A stretch of DNA of 32,000 bases from Ignicoccus islandicus DSM 13165 (lineage in GTDB: Archaea; Thermoproteota; Thermoprotei_A; Sulfolobales; Ignicoccaceae). A program made the position numbers and the translations under genes. The notes under the pieces were generated by a model. It was not told the origin of the DNA. It worked only from the letters and a program-made list of their open reading frames with translations, and did not search any database. The stretch's first letter is position 1. Each line of letters starts with the position of its first letter. The stretch is from contig NZ_CP006867.1 of assembly GCF_001481685.1 (NCBI RefSeq), positions 150,001-182,000 on the forward strand, written 5' to 3'. Below are positions 16,065 through 24,154 of this stretch, in pieces.

Positions 16065-17540
16065 TTGATCGGTAAGTTAGTGCTCCCCTTGCTTCCGTTC
16101 CTATTAGCTATAGGCTACTTCACGGGCTGGTTCCTCCCCTTCGTTAGCTCGGCCCTCCTTTGCGCGAAGGCCGCGCCGGGTCTGTGGACCCTTCTCGTCG
16201 CGCTCGCGCTTCCATTAGCGTTCTACCTAGCGAGGGAAGTTAGGGCCGGGAACGAGGTTAATTTGAGCTACCTAATAGCCTATTTAGTGGTAGTAGTTGG
16301 ACCTCTGGCTTGGTTAGTAAGCGTAACGGCAGTTTCCCAAGTTGGGAGCTCCGTTAAGGTCGTCGAGTTGAGGGAGCTACCGAACTTAGTGGGAGTTTAC
16401 AGATTAATACCTCTACCGACGGCCTATAAGTACGCAATAGACAGGATTCAGTTGCCTACGCATACAATCTACTATCAAGAAACTTACGTTTATTACAACG
16501 GAACCAGGCCCATTTACAATTGGCTCATAGAGCCTGAAGGCGTTCTCAATTCGCTTTTCAGGAATCCCCGCGGAGCTGTGTTCGTTTACGCAGACACCTA
16601 TCCTCCGGAGGTCAAGATAGTGAAGCAAGATCTGACTTGGGGATTACATAACTACAAACTAACCCCTCTCTTCTTAGATTCGTTGGCTTTGGAGAGCCTT
16701 TTCAATGGGGCCTTCGGTAGAGAGGTTATATGGGAAGACGTCGCTGACGTGTATCTGAACGGTCAAGTTATTCAGCTATTGCCAGTAGTGGATTACAAAC
16801 CCATGTTTCCGGGATCCTTGCCTTACATCGATTCTTACTTAGTCGTTTATCCTAATGGTACTATTTCGAAAGTGAGGCCAGAGGAGGTAGTCCGCTACGG
16901 AGTGCCCGCGTTACCGGAGAGGGTAGCTAGGCAGTGGGTAGACGCCTTGAGAATGAAGGATTGGGTTCAAGCCGTCTTCTTTCACAATACGTTTACCATA
17001 AGGGACGTTGGAGATAACCCCCAGCCATACCTCCTTTTGGATGATGAGGGTCGCCCTTGGTGGGTCTTCGTTGCGGAACCTCCTGGGAACACTTACTCCG
17101 CTTACATGATTCTACTGGTGAACGCTTCCTCCACCGAGCCGGTGATCTACGTCTACAAATTCAATAAACCTAAAATAGGGGTTTCGAAGGCCTATAGCTA
17201 CGTAATGAAGGCACATCCCAATTGGGCTTGGAACTCGCTCAAGGTTCAGGAGCCCCTTCCCACGATAATTAACTCGACCTTCTATTGGAAGCTCTCAGTA
17301 ACCACGTCTGACTCTAGGGGATTGGTAAGCATAGAGTTCGTTGACGCAGACAGCGGAAACACGATCAGCGTTAGCGTTGAAGGGAAACTTAACGCTAATG
17401 AGGTTCTAGCGAGCTTGCTCAAAGGAAAGGTCAACGAGAAAGAGGAACTGAACCTTAACGAACTCTTGAAGAAAATCGAACGAATAAAAGCCGAATTGAA
17501 CGAGCTTGAGGAAATGGTGAAGAAGATAGCATCTAAGTAA
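16065..17540 (+). CDS. Membrane-anchored extracellular protein with a C-terminal coiled coil (possibly distantly UPF0182/COG1615-like)
   Basis: 491 aa starting at TTG. It has 3-4 N-terminal TM helices, a large sequon-rich domain (NGT, NAS, NST) and the tail ELNLNELLKKIERIKAELNELEEMVKK. The family assignment is from memory only. Confidence 0.5.
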   Translation: MIGKLVLPLLPFLLAIGYFTGWFLPFVSSALLCAKAAPGLWTLLVALALPLAFYLAREVRAGNEVNLSYLIAYLVVVVGPLAWLVSVTAVSQVGSSVKVVELRELPNLVGVYRLIPLPTAYKYAIDRIQLPTHTIYYQETYVYYNGTRPIYNWLIEPEGVLNSLFRNPRGAVFVYADTYPPEVKIVKQDLTWGLHNYKLTPLFLDSLALESLFNGAFGREVIWEDVADVYLNGQVIQLLPVVDYKPMFPGSLPYIDSYLVVYPNGTISKVRPEEVVRYGVPALPERVARQWVDALRMKDWVQAVFFHNTFTIRDVGDNPQPYLLLDDEGRPWWVFVAEPPGNTYSAYMILLVNASSTEPVIYVYKFNKPKIGVSKAYSYVMKAHPNWAWNSLKVQEPLPTIINSTFYWKLSVTTSDSRGLVSIEFVDADSGNTISVSVEGKLNANEVLASLLKGKVNEKEELNLNELLKKIERIKAELNELEEMVKKIASK

Positions 17541-17632
17541 CCAGTGAGCGCAACTATTGTGCTCTAAGGTTATTTGAGAAACCTAATTAGGATGAGAAAC
17601 GTCTTTACGAACGGTAAACGAGGTTTTGTAGT

Positions 17633-17776
17633 ATGGAAAACAACGATAGGTTGGCGAAAGGTATAGGGCTAGTCACCTTCGGCTTGCTTTGGATGATCAG
17701 TGGTGACTTCTTGAAGTCTGCTTTAATAGCGTTGGGTGTGTACCTAATTGTACAAGCCCTAGGTGATAGACAGTGA
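17633..17776 (+). CDS. Small two-TM membrane protein (47 aa, below the ORF-track cutoff)
   Basis: ATG at 17633, translating as MENNDRLAKGIGLVTFGLLWMISGDFLKSALIALGVYLIVQALGDRQ. Its stop TGA overlaps the GTG start of the next gene (GTGA at 17773-17776). Confidence 0.45.
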   Translation: MENNDRLAKGIGLVTFGLLWMISGDFLKSALIALGVYLIVQALGDRQ

Positions 17777-18573
17777 ACGTAGATAAGGCGTTCCACTTGA
17801 TTAGCGGCCTCCTCTTCGTTTCAGCGGGAATCGCCTTAACCTTAGATATAAAAGTTCCACTTAGCTTTGACCCTAAGCTGCTGTTGGGCTTGCTTTTAAT
17901 AGCGATTGGTGTGAGCATTGCCTTCGGCGCTTCGTTAGGTAGCGCCCTAGTATTCGGGTTATCCCTATTAGTTCTGCTCCTTTCCATTTCAAGTCTCTCG
18001 TTCCCGTTCGAGTTCAACGTTAAGGGCTCGACCCTTTCATCGAAAGGGAACGTAACTAATTGCGATGGCTTAAGCGTAAAGGCAATTCTCTCAAAAATGC
18101 GAATATTAAGTGGGAACTCGACCGAATACTTGACCGAGGGACCGAGCGATCAAGTTCTATTGAACGCTTGTTCCCTTCGCTTTTGTTGTTCCAACACTTC
18201 TCTGGAAATAGGAGACTTAAAATCGCTCGATTTAGAACTAGTTATGAGTTCCTTACGAGGCAACGTGAACAAGTGCTTAGGAGAGCTCCGAGTAAACTCA
18301 GTAATGAGCGATTCCTCCTTGGAACTGGAAATACCTTCCAACTGTAACTCGGAAATCCGCTTGGAATCCGTGATGGGATCCATTAAATTGAAAGTGATCG
18401 TTCCTAACGGAACTAAAGTGAAATACTCTCTTTCGGGCGCTCTCGGTGAAGCAGTAGTGGAGACCCCCGAAGGAGCTAGTAGTATTGGAGAATTCGGGGA
18501 AGGGAGCAACGAGGTACTCATTCGAGGCAAAGCGTCCCTCGGGGAAATTCGTGTCCAAATCCAACGCAAGTAA
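17773..18573 (+). CDS. Membrane protein with a C-terminal beta-repeat domain (possibly toast-rack / DUF4097-DUF2154-like)
   Basis: 266 aa. The N-terminal region is TM (LLFVSAGIALTL, LLLIAIGVSIAFGASLG, LSLLVLLLSI). C-terminal beta-strand motifs repeat (LELVMSSLRGNV, LRVNSVMSDSSLELEI, IRLESVMGSIKLKV, LGEIRVQI). Confidence 0.5.
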   Translation: MNVDKAFHLISGLLFVSAGIALTLDIKVPLSFDPKLLLGLLLIAIGVSIAFGASLGSALVFGLSLLVLLLSISSLSFPFEFNVKGSTLSSKGNVTNCDGLSVKAILSKMRILSGNSTEYLTEGPSDQVLLNACSLRFCCSNTSLEIGDLKSLDLELVMSSLRGNVNKCLGELRVNSVMSDSSLELEIPSNCNSEIRLESVMGSIKLKVIVPNGTKVKYSLSGALGEAVVETPEGASSIGEFGEGSNEVLIRGKASLGEIRVQIQRK

Positions 18574-18716
18574 ATTTATTCGGTTTAACGTAATTACCGA
18601 AAGCGCAGATGTGGAAGGATTATCGATGCGATCAGATGAGCGGCGGGAGTACGACCGAAGCGTTCTCCGGTATTTATTATCCTAGTGAGCCATTCGAAGT
18701 TCCTTAGGGAGTAAAC

Positions 18717-18935
18717 GTGTCCCTTAAGGAGGTTAGAAGTCCAATACTGAAGAGCGTGGCCAAGATCGCTCTTCAGGAGCTCGGTGCCCAAGTAATAATT
18801 CCGGAAATGGAGATAGAGGGCAAGAAGGTAATTGGGGTAGGGATAAAGGGAGACGTAGCTTACGTAGTTGAGCCTAATGGAATGGAGAAAGAGCTAAAGA
18901 AGGTGTTAAGAGTTAAGAAGGTGATTGAACTATAA
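18717..18935 (+). CDS. Small protein, paralog A (candidate PIN partner / antitoxin)
   Basis: 72 aa starting at GTG, with GGGAG 5 nt upstream (18707-18711). It stops 5 nt before the PIN gene start. Its codons for ELGAQVIIPEMEIEGKKVIGVGIKGDVAYVVEPNGMEKELKKVLRVK lie in the 142-bp repeat. Confidence 0.55.
   Translation: MSLKEVRSPILKSVAKIALQELGAQVIIPEMEIEGKKVIGVGIKGDVAYVVEPNGMEKELKKVLRVKKVIEL
18776..18917 (+). repeat. Direct repeat copy 1 (142 bp, identical to 19478-19619)
   Basis: Base-by-base comparison of the two stretches shows no mismatch. Identity breaks immediately at both ends. Confidence 0.95.
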
Positions 18936-18940
18936 GGGTA

Positions 18941-19426
18941 GTGTTCGATACCAGCGCCCTCTTTAAAATACTGCTTAAGAGCCCCCAGTGCATTGTAGAA
19001 CTGGCTAAGTTCTGCGATCGCGAGGAATGTTGGGTATCTAGAGGTTCCGTTGACGAAATGGTTAACGAGGTAGTAGAGAAAATGGTAAATTGGATGTTCG
19101 GAAAGGCGAAAGGAGACAGTGGAATGGAAAAGTTCAAGAGGCTTTGCATCAACGCAATAACGAATTCCGTCCAATTCCTACTAGTTGCCCGTGTAGGGGA
19201 GGGGGAAGCTCCCCGAGACGAGATATCGGAAGATATAGAAAGGAAGTTAAGATTAAGGGATGAGAACGATTTGCATTTGCTAAGGCTAGCTTTCGAGAAA
19301 TCGCCGTGTACTTTGGTTTCGGATGATAAAGACCTGCTAGATTTATCTGACGAATTGAAGAGGAAAGGAATAGAGGTGAAGACGACAGATGAGTTCCTTA
19401 GAAGAGTTTGCCGAGGAACTGATTGA
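18941..19426 (+). CDS. PIN-domain protein (VapC-like ribonuclease)
   Basis: 161 aa starting at GTG. The N-terminal VFDTSALFKIL carries the first acidic residue. ENDLHLLRLAFEKSPCTLVSDDKDLLDL matches the PIN C-terminal D...(T/S)xD pattern. Confidence 0.65.
   Translation: MFDTSALFKILLKSPQCIVELAKFCDREECWVSRGSVDEMVNEVVEKMVNWMFGKAKGDSGMEKFKRLCINAITNSVQFLLVARVGEGEAPRDEISEDIERKLRLRDENDLHLLRLAFEKSPCTLVSDDKDLLDLSDELKRKGIEVKTTDEFLRRVCRGTD
19373..19379 (+). promoter_or_regulatory. Shine-Dalgarno element for the small gene starting at 19389
   Basis: GAGGTGA lies 9 nt upstream of the ATG at 19389, inside the 3' end of the PIN gene. Confidence 0.5.
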
Positions 19427-19646
19427 GGAACTGCGCGATAGAAAGAGGAAACTCGGTGAAGCCAAGAAGAGGCTAACGGAGCTCGGTGCCCAAGTAATAA
19501 TTCCGGAAATGGAGATAGAGGGCAAGAAGGTAATTGGGGTAGGGATAAAGGGAGACGTAGCTTACGTAGTTGAGCCTAATGGAATGGAGAAAGAGCTAAA
19601 GAAGGTGTTAAGAGTTAAGGAAGTAGTGCTAGTTCCGGTTCGCTAA
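19389..19646 (+). CDS. Small protein, paralog B (coiled-coil N-terminus, C-terminal 47 aa identical to paralog A)
   Basis: 85 aa with an ATG start and a strong SD. It overlaps the PIN gene 3' end by 38 nt. The N-terminus is MSSLEEFAEELIEELRDRKRKLGEAKKRLT, followed by the shared repeat-encoded segment. Confidence 0.6.
   Translation: MSSLEEFAEELIEELRDRKRKLGEAKKRLTELGAQVIIPEMEIEGKKVIGVGIKGDVAYVVEPNGMEKELKKVLRVKEVVLVPVR
19478..19619 (+). repeat. Direct repeat copy 2 (142 bp, identical to 18776-18917)
   Basis: See copy 1. The copy-to-copy offset is 702 bp. Confidence 0.95.
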
Positions 19647-19793
19647 GTCCAATTACTCTAAACGATTCGTCTCGGAACATAGCACGTGCCTTCAACGTTT
19701 CTCTAATACTTAATTCGTTCAAACGCTCCGATTAATATTCGCCTAAGGTTACTTGGAAATACTTTAGACGGTGCGACCGGTCTAACTGGTGAC

Positions 19794-19803
19794 AATTATA
19801 ATC
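19794..19803 (+). promoter_or_regulatory. Candidate TATA box for the Thr-rich protein gene
   Basis: AATTATAATC lies about 40 nt upstream of the ATG at 19839. An SD-like GTGAGGT is at 19829-19835. Confidence 0.4.
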
Positions 19804-19838
19804 TCCTTATCCAAATCTACTCTCTGGTGTGAGGTCTA

Positions 19839-20573
19839 ATGAAAAGAGTCGCCACCTTGTTCCTTATTCTAGCATTAGGACTGGCGTACGCTCAAACTGA
19901 GAACGTAACTAACACGTGCGTGCCCTCAACTACAACTATAATAGTAACTTCCATCCAACCAGTTACTAGCGTTGTAACGCAAAACGTTACCACGATACTT
20001 TACAAGACATTTACTATCCCGACTACCATAGTTTCAACCGTTACGAAGAGCGTAATTTCTACTATAACAACAACCGTAAGTACCGTGACCACGATATTCT
20101 CATCCTCTGTAAAATTCGTAACTGTAACGATTACAGTGCCTTCTGTAACTACTACGGCGATTACTAAATACATACTCACTACGACTACTATAATTCTTCC
20201 AACTACCATCTATGAGACCGTAACTAAGACAACTACTGTAACCGTAACCACGGTCCTATCGACCGTGAAGACTTTAACTACGACCCTCGTTACTACCGTT
20301 ACTTCCTATATACCGACCTACGTAACAATGTGGTTGACCTCGACCGTTACGGACGTAATAACTCATAGCGTAACTGAAACGGTTACGACAACGTTATACA
20401 AGGCATTGACCTTAACTACCACCACTACTGTGATAAAGGAAGTAACTGACGTCGTAACGACCACCATAGAAAACAGTGGTAGCGTAATAGTCCCACTCGG
20501 ACTAGGTGCCCTCCTAGTAATAGTTCTGGCCGTATTAGGCATAATATTCAGAACGGTTACTAAGGGCGAATAA
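19839..20573 (+). CDS. Thr/Val/Ile-rich low-complexity surface protein with signal peptide and C-terminal TM anchor
   Basis: 244 aa with signal peptide MKRVATLFLILALGLAYAQ. By my count 77 of 244 residues are Thr. The C-terminus is IVPLGLGALLVIVLAVLGIIFRTVTKGE. NVT sequons lie near the N-terminus. Confidence 0.7.
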   Translation: MKRVATLFLILALGLAYAQTENVTNTCVPSTTTIIVTSIQPVTSVVTQNVTTILYKTFTIPTTIVSTVTKSVISTITTTVSTVTTIFSSSVKFVTVTITVPSVTTTAITKYILTTTTIILPTTIYETVTKTTTVTVTTVLSTVKTLTTTLVTTVTSYIPTYVTMWLTSTVTDVITHSVTETVTTTLYKALTLTTTTTVIKEVTDVVTTTIENSGSVIVPLGLGALLVIVLAVLGIIFRTVTKGE

Positions 20574-20590
20574 CGAGCCTATTTTTAAAC

Positions 20591-21022
20591 TTAATTCTGG
20601 GTGTTTTCGTTAATCTTACACTTATTATCTATTATAACGCTTTTCACTTCCACAAGCTCTCCACTGTTCGTCATAACGCTTAAACTAAGTCCCACGTAGG
20701 ATTCGTTACCTAAGGGCTTGAATAAAACGTCAACTTCCTTCCTTTCGAATGGGTTTAAATATATTGACGATTGCGATGACATCGAAAGGTATTCTACTCT
20801 GTTAACCTCGCTCTCGAAGTCTACGTAAACTGTCCGATTGGTTGGATTGCATAACTCTATGCGTATCTCGCACGTACCGTTGGATTCGAGGGACTGGAAA
20901 TTGAAGTAATTGCACGATTTCATTAGAGCTATTTTCTTTACTAACTTGATCTCTAAGCTAATGTAGAGGAGCAGCGCAATTAAGAGTGCTACTCCGAGTC
21001 CCAGAAACACTCCATTTCGCAT
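20591..21022 (-). CDS. Small membrane-anchored protein (possibly LEA_2/NDR1-like beta-sandwich)
   Basis: 143 aa with an N-terminal TM (VFLGLGVALLIALLLYI). CEIRIELCNPTNRTVYVDF resembles the NPN-strand motif of LEA14-like domains. The assignment is weak. Confidence 0.45.
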   Translation of the reverse strand: MRNGVFLGLGVALLIALLLYISLEIKLVKKIALMKSCNYFNFQSLESNGTCEIRIELCNPTNRTVYVDFESEVNRVEYLSMSSQSSIYLNPFERKEVDVLFKPLGNESYVGLSLSVMTNSGELVEVKSVIIDNKCKINENTQN

Positions 21023-21294
21023 TCCCTTTCGTCCCTCGTCTCACAACGATTCGCGCGCTCTAAACATTCAACGACGTTCGCAACCCTACCTATTAGTTTA
21101 TCTAGCTTCTCCACGTCCCATTGCTTTCTTAAGTCCCTCCAGTTAACCCTTAACCCCTCGCTCTTTAGCAACCTAATTGCCTTCGATACTAAGGTTCTTC
21201 CTTCACTATCTAATGATCCATATCGATCTATATGCTCACGCGCTTGAACTAGCAAGCTCAGAGCTTCCCTTAACCTCTTGGATTTCGCTTTCAA
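20989..21294 (-). CDS. Hypothetical helical protein
   Basis: 101 aa starting at TTG. It overlaps the taw3 3' end by 59 nt and the downstream gene by 34 nt. The real start may be internal. Confidence 0.35.
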   Translation of the reverse strand: MKAKSKRLREALSLLVQAREHIDRYGSLDSEGRTLVSKAIRLLKSEGLRVNWRDLRKQWDVEKLDKLIGRVANVVECLERANRCETRDERECEMECFWDSE

Positions 21295-21811
21295 TTTTCC
21301 TCTCCAACAACTGTAATTTCTTTTTACCTTCTAATAGAACTTCGTTTAGGACCTTAAGTACTTGGTCCAGCTTCGAGACGTCTAGAACTACTTCGTTGCC
21401 GACTTTAGCCAAGACGTTCGCTCTAACGCCGGTGGTTAGTTCAACTACCCACCCCTCTTCGTTAACTGAGAGTATACCACTATGTTTGAAACCTGCTTCC
21501 CTAGCCATTTTTATTATCTTCATTGCTGCATCGAAGTCCTTCGCAACAGCGTGAATTATGGGACCCATGACGTTTATCCAGAGCCTTTCAGTTATAGGTC
21601 TATTAAGAACCTGCTCCAACTCGGATATCTCCATAGGTCTGTGAACCTTGAATATTATCCTCCCTTCTCGAGACCACGGATACTGAGCGTCTATAGCAAC
21701 TATTCTTCCAGAGCAACTAGACTTCGTGAAAGCGTAGGGTAAGCGAAAGAACTTTTCGATTAAGTCAATAATGTCCCTGTCCATGTACCCTATTTCGATG
21801 TCTTCCTTCAT
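21236..21811 (-). CDS. taw3: tRNA wyosine-derivative methyltransferase Taw3 (TYW3 family)
   Basis: 191 aa. The diagnostic motif is FTKSSCSGRIVAI; AREAGFKHSGILSV is also conserved in TYW3/Taw3. Confidence 0.85.
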   Translation of the reverse strand: MKEDIEIGYMDRDIIDLIEKFFRLPYAFTKSSCSGRIVAIDAQYPWSREGRIIFKVHRPMEISELEQVLNRPITERLWINVMGPIIHAVAKDFDAAMKIIKMAREAGFKHSGILSVNEEGWVVELTTGVRANVLAKVGNEVVLDVSKLDQVLKVLNEVLLEGKKKLQLLERKIESEIQEVKGSSELASSSA

Positions 21812-21862
21812 TCTCTCATATGCTCTGCGCTTAGCTTCTTCCCAAGGAATTTCCGAACACCC

Positions 21863-22207
21863 CTAGAGGTTTTCTAGTAACTTCGAGAGTTGATTAATCG
21901 ATTGTTCGGTAATATCTCTCAATCTGATGAGAGCTTCGTACATATCGCTGGTATCGGGTTCTTCAATGCTCAAGTTACAATTGCTTATCTTATATAGTTT
22001 CGGTTCGCCTTCATCGAGTACTATCACTCCAGCGCTCGTCCTAATTCCAGTATAACAAGCTTCTATGCTGCAAGTTTTACCCAACTTGACGCATACCCTT
22101 TCAAGTAACTTCAGCCTATTGGCCTCCCTCATTAGTTCAGCTAATTCCTTCCTCAACCTATCTCTTCTTTTAACGAGTTCGTTCCTCAATTCCTCAAAGG
22201 TCCTCAA
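21863..22207 (-). CDS. Hypothetical coiled-coil protein
   Basis: 114 aa. Its start codon lies 1 nt after the stop of the upstream 91-aa gene. The N- and C-terminal segments are heptad-like. Confidence 0.45.
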   Translation of the reverse strand: MRTFEELRNELVKRRDRLRKELAELMREANRLKLLERVCVKLGKTCSIEACYTGIRTSAGVIVLDEGEPKLYKISNCNLSIEEPDTSDMYEALIRLRDITEQSINQLSKLLENL

Positions 22208-22208
22208 G

Positions 22209-22484
22209 TTACCCTTTATCTCTTCTATTAAGTCTCTTACTTGAGCTAAGCTCCCTCACCCTCTTAATCATGGCGTAAGCGGTGGATAAAGCTAGAAGCG
22301 GGTAAGCTAGGGCAATTAGTGGTTCGAGGCCCAGTAAAAGGTGGATCGTAATAGCTATGGCAGACCACGTGAGCCAGAAGGAGAGAACCTTTTGTTCGAA
22401 AGCCCTTAACCCCTTAGTAAGGAAGTATGCCGAAACCGAAGCAATTAGAGGTGGTAGGAATAACATTGATAGGTCTCGTAACAC
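22209..22484 (-). CDS. Small membrane protein (3 predicted TM helices)
   Basis: 91 aa with hydrophobic segments LFLPPLIASVSAYFL, FWLTWSAIAITIHLLLGL and LIALAYPLLALSTAYAM, and a basic tail. Confidence 0.45.
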   Translation of the reverse strand: MLRDLSMLFLPPLIASVSAYFLTKGLRAFEQKVLSFWLTWSAIAITIHLLLGLEPLIALAYPLLALSTAYAMIKRVRELSSSKRLNRRDKG

Positions 22485-22552
22485 TTCCGTATCCCCCGGG
22501 CTTTCGAATAGTTAGAGGTAGGCTGTAACTATATCTTAAACGGTGTATTGAG

Positions 22553-22747
22553 ATGGAAGTAAAGAAAATTCTGGAAATGGAGTTAGATAAGTTGGAGGAG
22601 GAAATAGAGTACTTGAGGAACAAGATAGCTCTATTGAAACCAATAGCAGAGGAAGACGAGGAAGCGAAGCTCGATTTGATAGGCTCGCAAATTCTACTTA
22701 ATCTCTATGAGCAAGATAGAAGGAAAATAGCTTCCATGCTTGCTTAA
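22553..22747 (+). CDS. Hypothetical small coiled-coil protein
   Basis: 64 aa starting at ATG. It fills the gap upstream of purP. Confidence 0.4.
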   Translation: MEVKKILEMELDKLEEEIEYLRNKIALLKPIAEEDEEAKLDLIGSQILLNLYEQDRRKIASMLA

Positions 22748-22782
22748 TTCCCGGTTCCCGCTTTCTTTAAGGGGGAACCTTT

Positions 22783-23883
22783 TTGGACGTAGTTTCGAAA
22801 GCCCGGGAAATAGCTAGGGAATATAGAGGGAAGCCCTCAATAGCAGCTTTAGCTAGCCACTCGGCACTGGACTTATTCGACGGAGCCAAGGACGAAGGTT
22901 TCAGAACGATAGCCCTATGCAAGAGAGGGAGGGACGTAGCATACAAGAGGTTTAGGAGGGTAGTTGACGTTTGCATAGAGCTAGACGACTACAAGGAAAT
23001 TTTATCCAAAGAAGTAATGGAACGATTAATAGAGGAAGAGGCCATATTCGTACCAAACAGGAGCTTCGCCGTCTACGTGGGATATGACGCTATTGAGAAC
23101 GATTTCATCGTACCTATGTTTGGAAACAGGTTCATGTTGAGATGGGAAGAGAGGACGGGAGAGAAGAACTATTACAAGCTATTGGACAAGGCTGGTATAA
23201 GGAGACCAAAGGTCTTCGGTAGTCCGGATGAAATAGATAGACCAGTAATAGTGAAAGTACCCGAAGCCAAGAGAAGGGTTGAAAGGGGCTTCTTCATAGC
23301 AATGGACAAGGATGACTATTATAAGAGAGTTGAAGAACTCCTCAAGGCGGGCGTAATAGACGAGGAGGGACTAAAGGAAGCCGTAATAGAGGAATTGGTG
23401 CTAGGAGCTCACTTCAATTTGAACTACTTCTATTCGCCGCTATACGATGAGGTAGAACTACACAGCGTTGATAGGAGGTTGCAAAGCGATCTCGATGGAT
23501 GGCTAAGACTCCCGGCAAGGGAACAACTGCAATTAAGAGGTCAACCTAGAATGATAGAGGTCGGCCACATACCGACTACCATTAGGGAGAGCTTGCTTCA
23601 CAAAGTATTCAAAATGGGAGACGTGTTCGTAGAGGCCACTAAGGAGCTAGAGCCTCCTGGAGCAATAGGGCCATTCACCTTGCAAGCAATGGTTACTCCG
23701 GATCTAGAGTTCGTAGTGTTCGACGTAGCTCCGAGGATAGGAGGAGGTAATAACGTCTACATGGGTATTGGCAGCCAATATAGCAAGTTGTACTTCGGAG
23801 AACCCATTAGCTTAGGAAGGAGGATTGCAATGGAAGTGAGATGGGCTTTCCAAGTTAAGGAAGTTGACCTAGTAGTTAGTTAA
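22783..23883 (+). CDS. purP: 5-formaminoimidazole-4-carboxamide ribonucleotide (FAICAR) synthetase PurP
   Basis: 366 aa starting at TTG. It appears co-linear with archaeal PurP as I recall the M. jannaschii sequence: [69 protein letters not shown]. Confidence 0.9.
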   Translation: MDVVSKAREIAREYRGKPSIAALASHSALDLFDGAKDEGFRTIALCKRGRDVAYKRFRRVVDVCIELDDYKEILSKEVMERLIEEEAIFVPNRSFAVYVGYDAIENDFIVPMFGNRFMLRWEERTGEKNYYKLLDKAGIRRPKVFGSPDEIDRPVIVKVPEAKRRVERGFFIAMDKDDYYKRVEELLKAGVIDEEGLKEAVIEELVLGAHFNLNYFYSPLYDEVELHSVDRRLQSDLDGWLRLPAREQLQLRGQPRMIEVGHIPTTIRESLLHKVFKMGDVFVEATKELEPPGAIGPFTLQAMVTPDLEFVVFDVAPRIGGGNNVYMGIGSQYSKLYFGEPISLGRRIAMEVRWAFQVKEVDLVVS

Positions 23884-23917
23884 ACTCTTGACCAAATAGT
23901 TAACGGGGGGTTGGGAC

Positions 23918-24154
23918 GTGAAGGAGTTCGATCTCACTACTCAATCAGCCGTTTGCGGCGACATGGTTTCTAATCTAGCTATGGTTGCGCAAGAGCTAGA
24001 GCCGGGCGAGGAAGCTAAAGTTAAGATCCCAAAGGAATACGAAAAGGAAATTGAGATATACAAAGACATGTTGAAAATGCTGGACGTTGAAATAGAGGAA
24101 ATCTCTAAGGAAGGGGACGAAATAATATTAATTTTGAAGAAGCTACCGAAGTGA
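23918..24154 (+). CDS. Small acidic protein, possibly TusA/SirA-like fold
   Basis: 78 aa. DLTTQSAVCGDMVSNLAMVAQELEPGEEAKVKI and a terminal GDEIILILKK loosely follow the TusA layout, but the CPxP motif is replaced by CGD. Confidence 0.4.
   Translation: MKEFDLTTQSAVCGDMVSNLAMVAQELEPGEEAKVKIPKEYEKEIEIYKDMLKMLDVEIEEISKEGDEIILILKKLPK

Noticed and set aside
18060-18569. Alternative-frame and antisense ORFs within 17773-18573
   Set aside because: They overlap the longer ORF, which has a coherent TM plus beta-repeat architecture. The translations are compositionally odd.
20000-20209. 69-aa Val-rich antisense ORF
   Set aside because: It is the complement of ACN/GTN-rich codons of the Thr/Val-rich gene, so it is a compositional mirror and not a gene.
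22414-22976. ORFs 22414-22623 (-) and 22767-22976 (-)
   Set aside because: The first overlaps the better-supported 91-aa membrane ORF and the promoter region. The second is antisense to the 5' end of purP.
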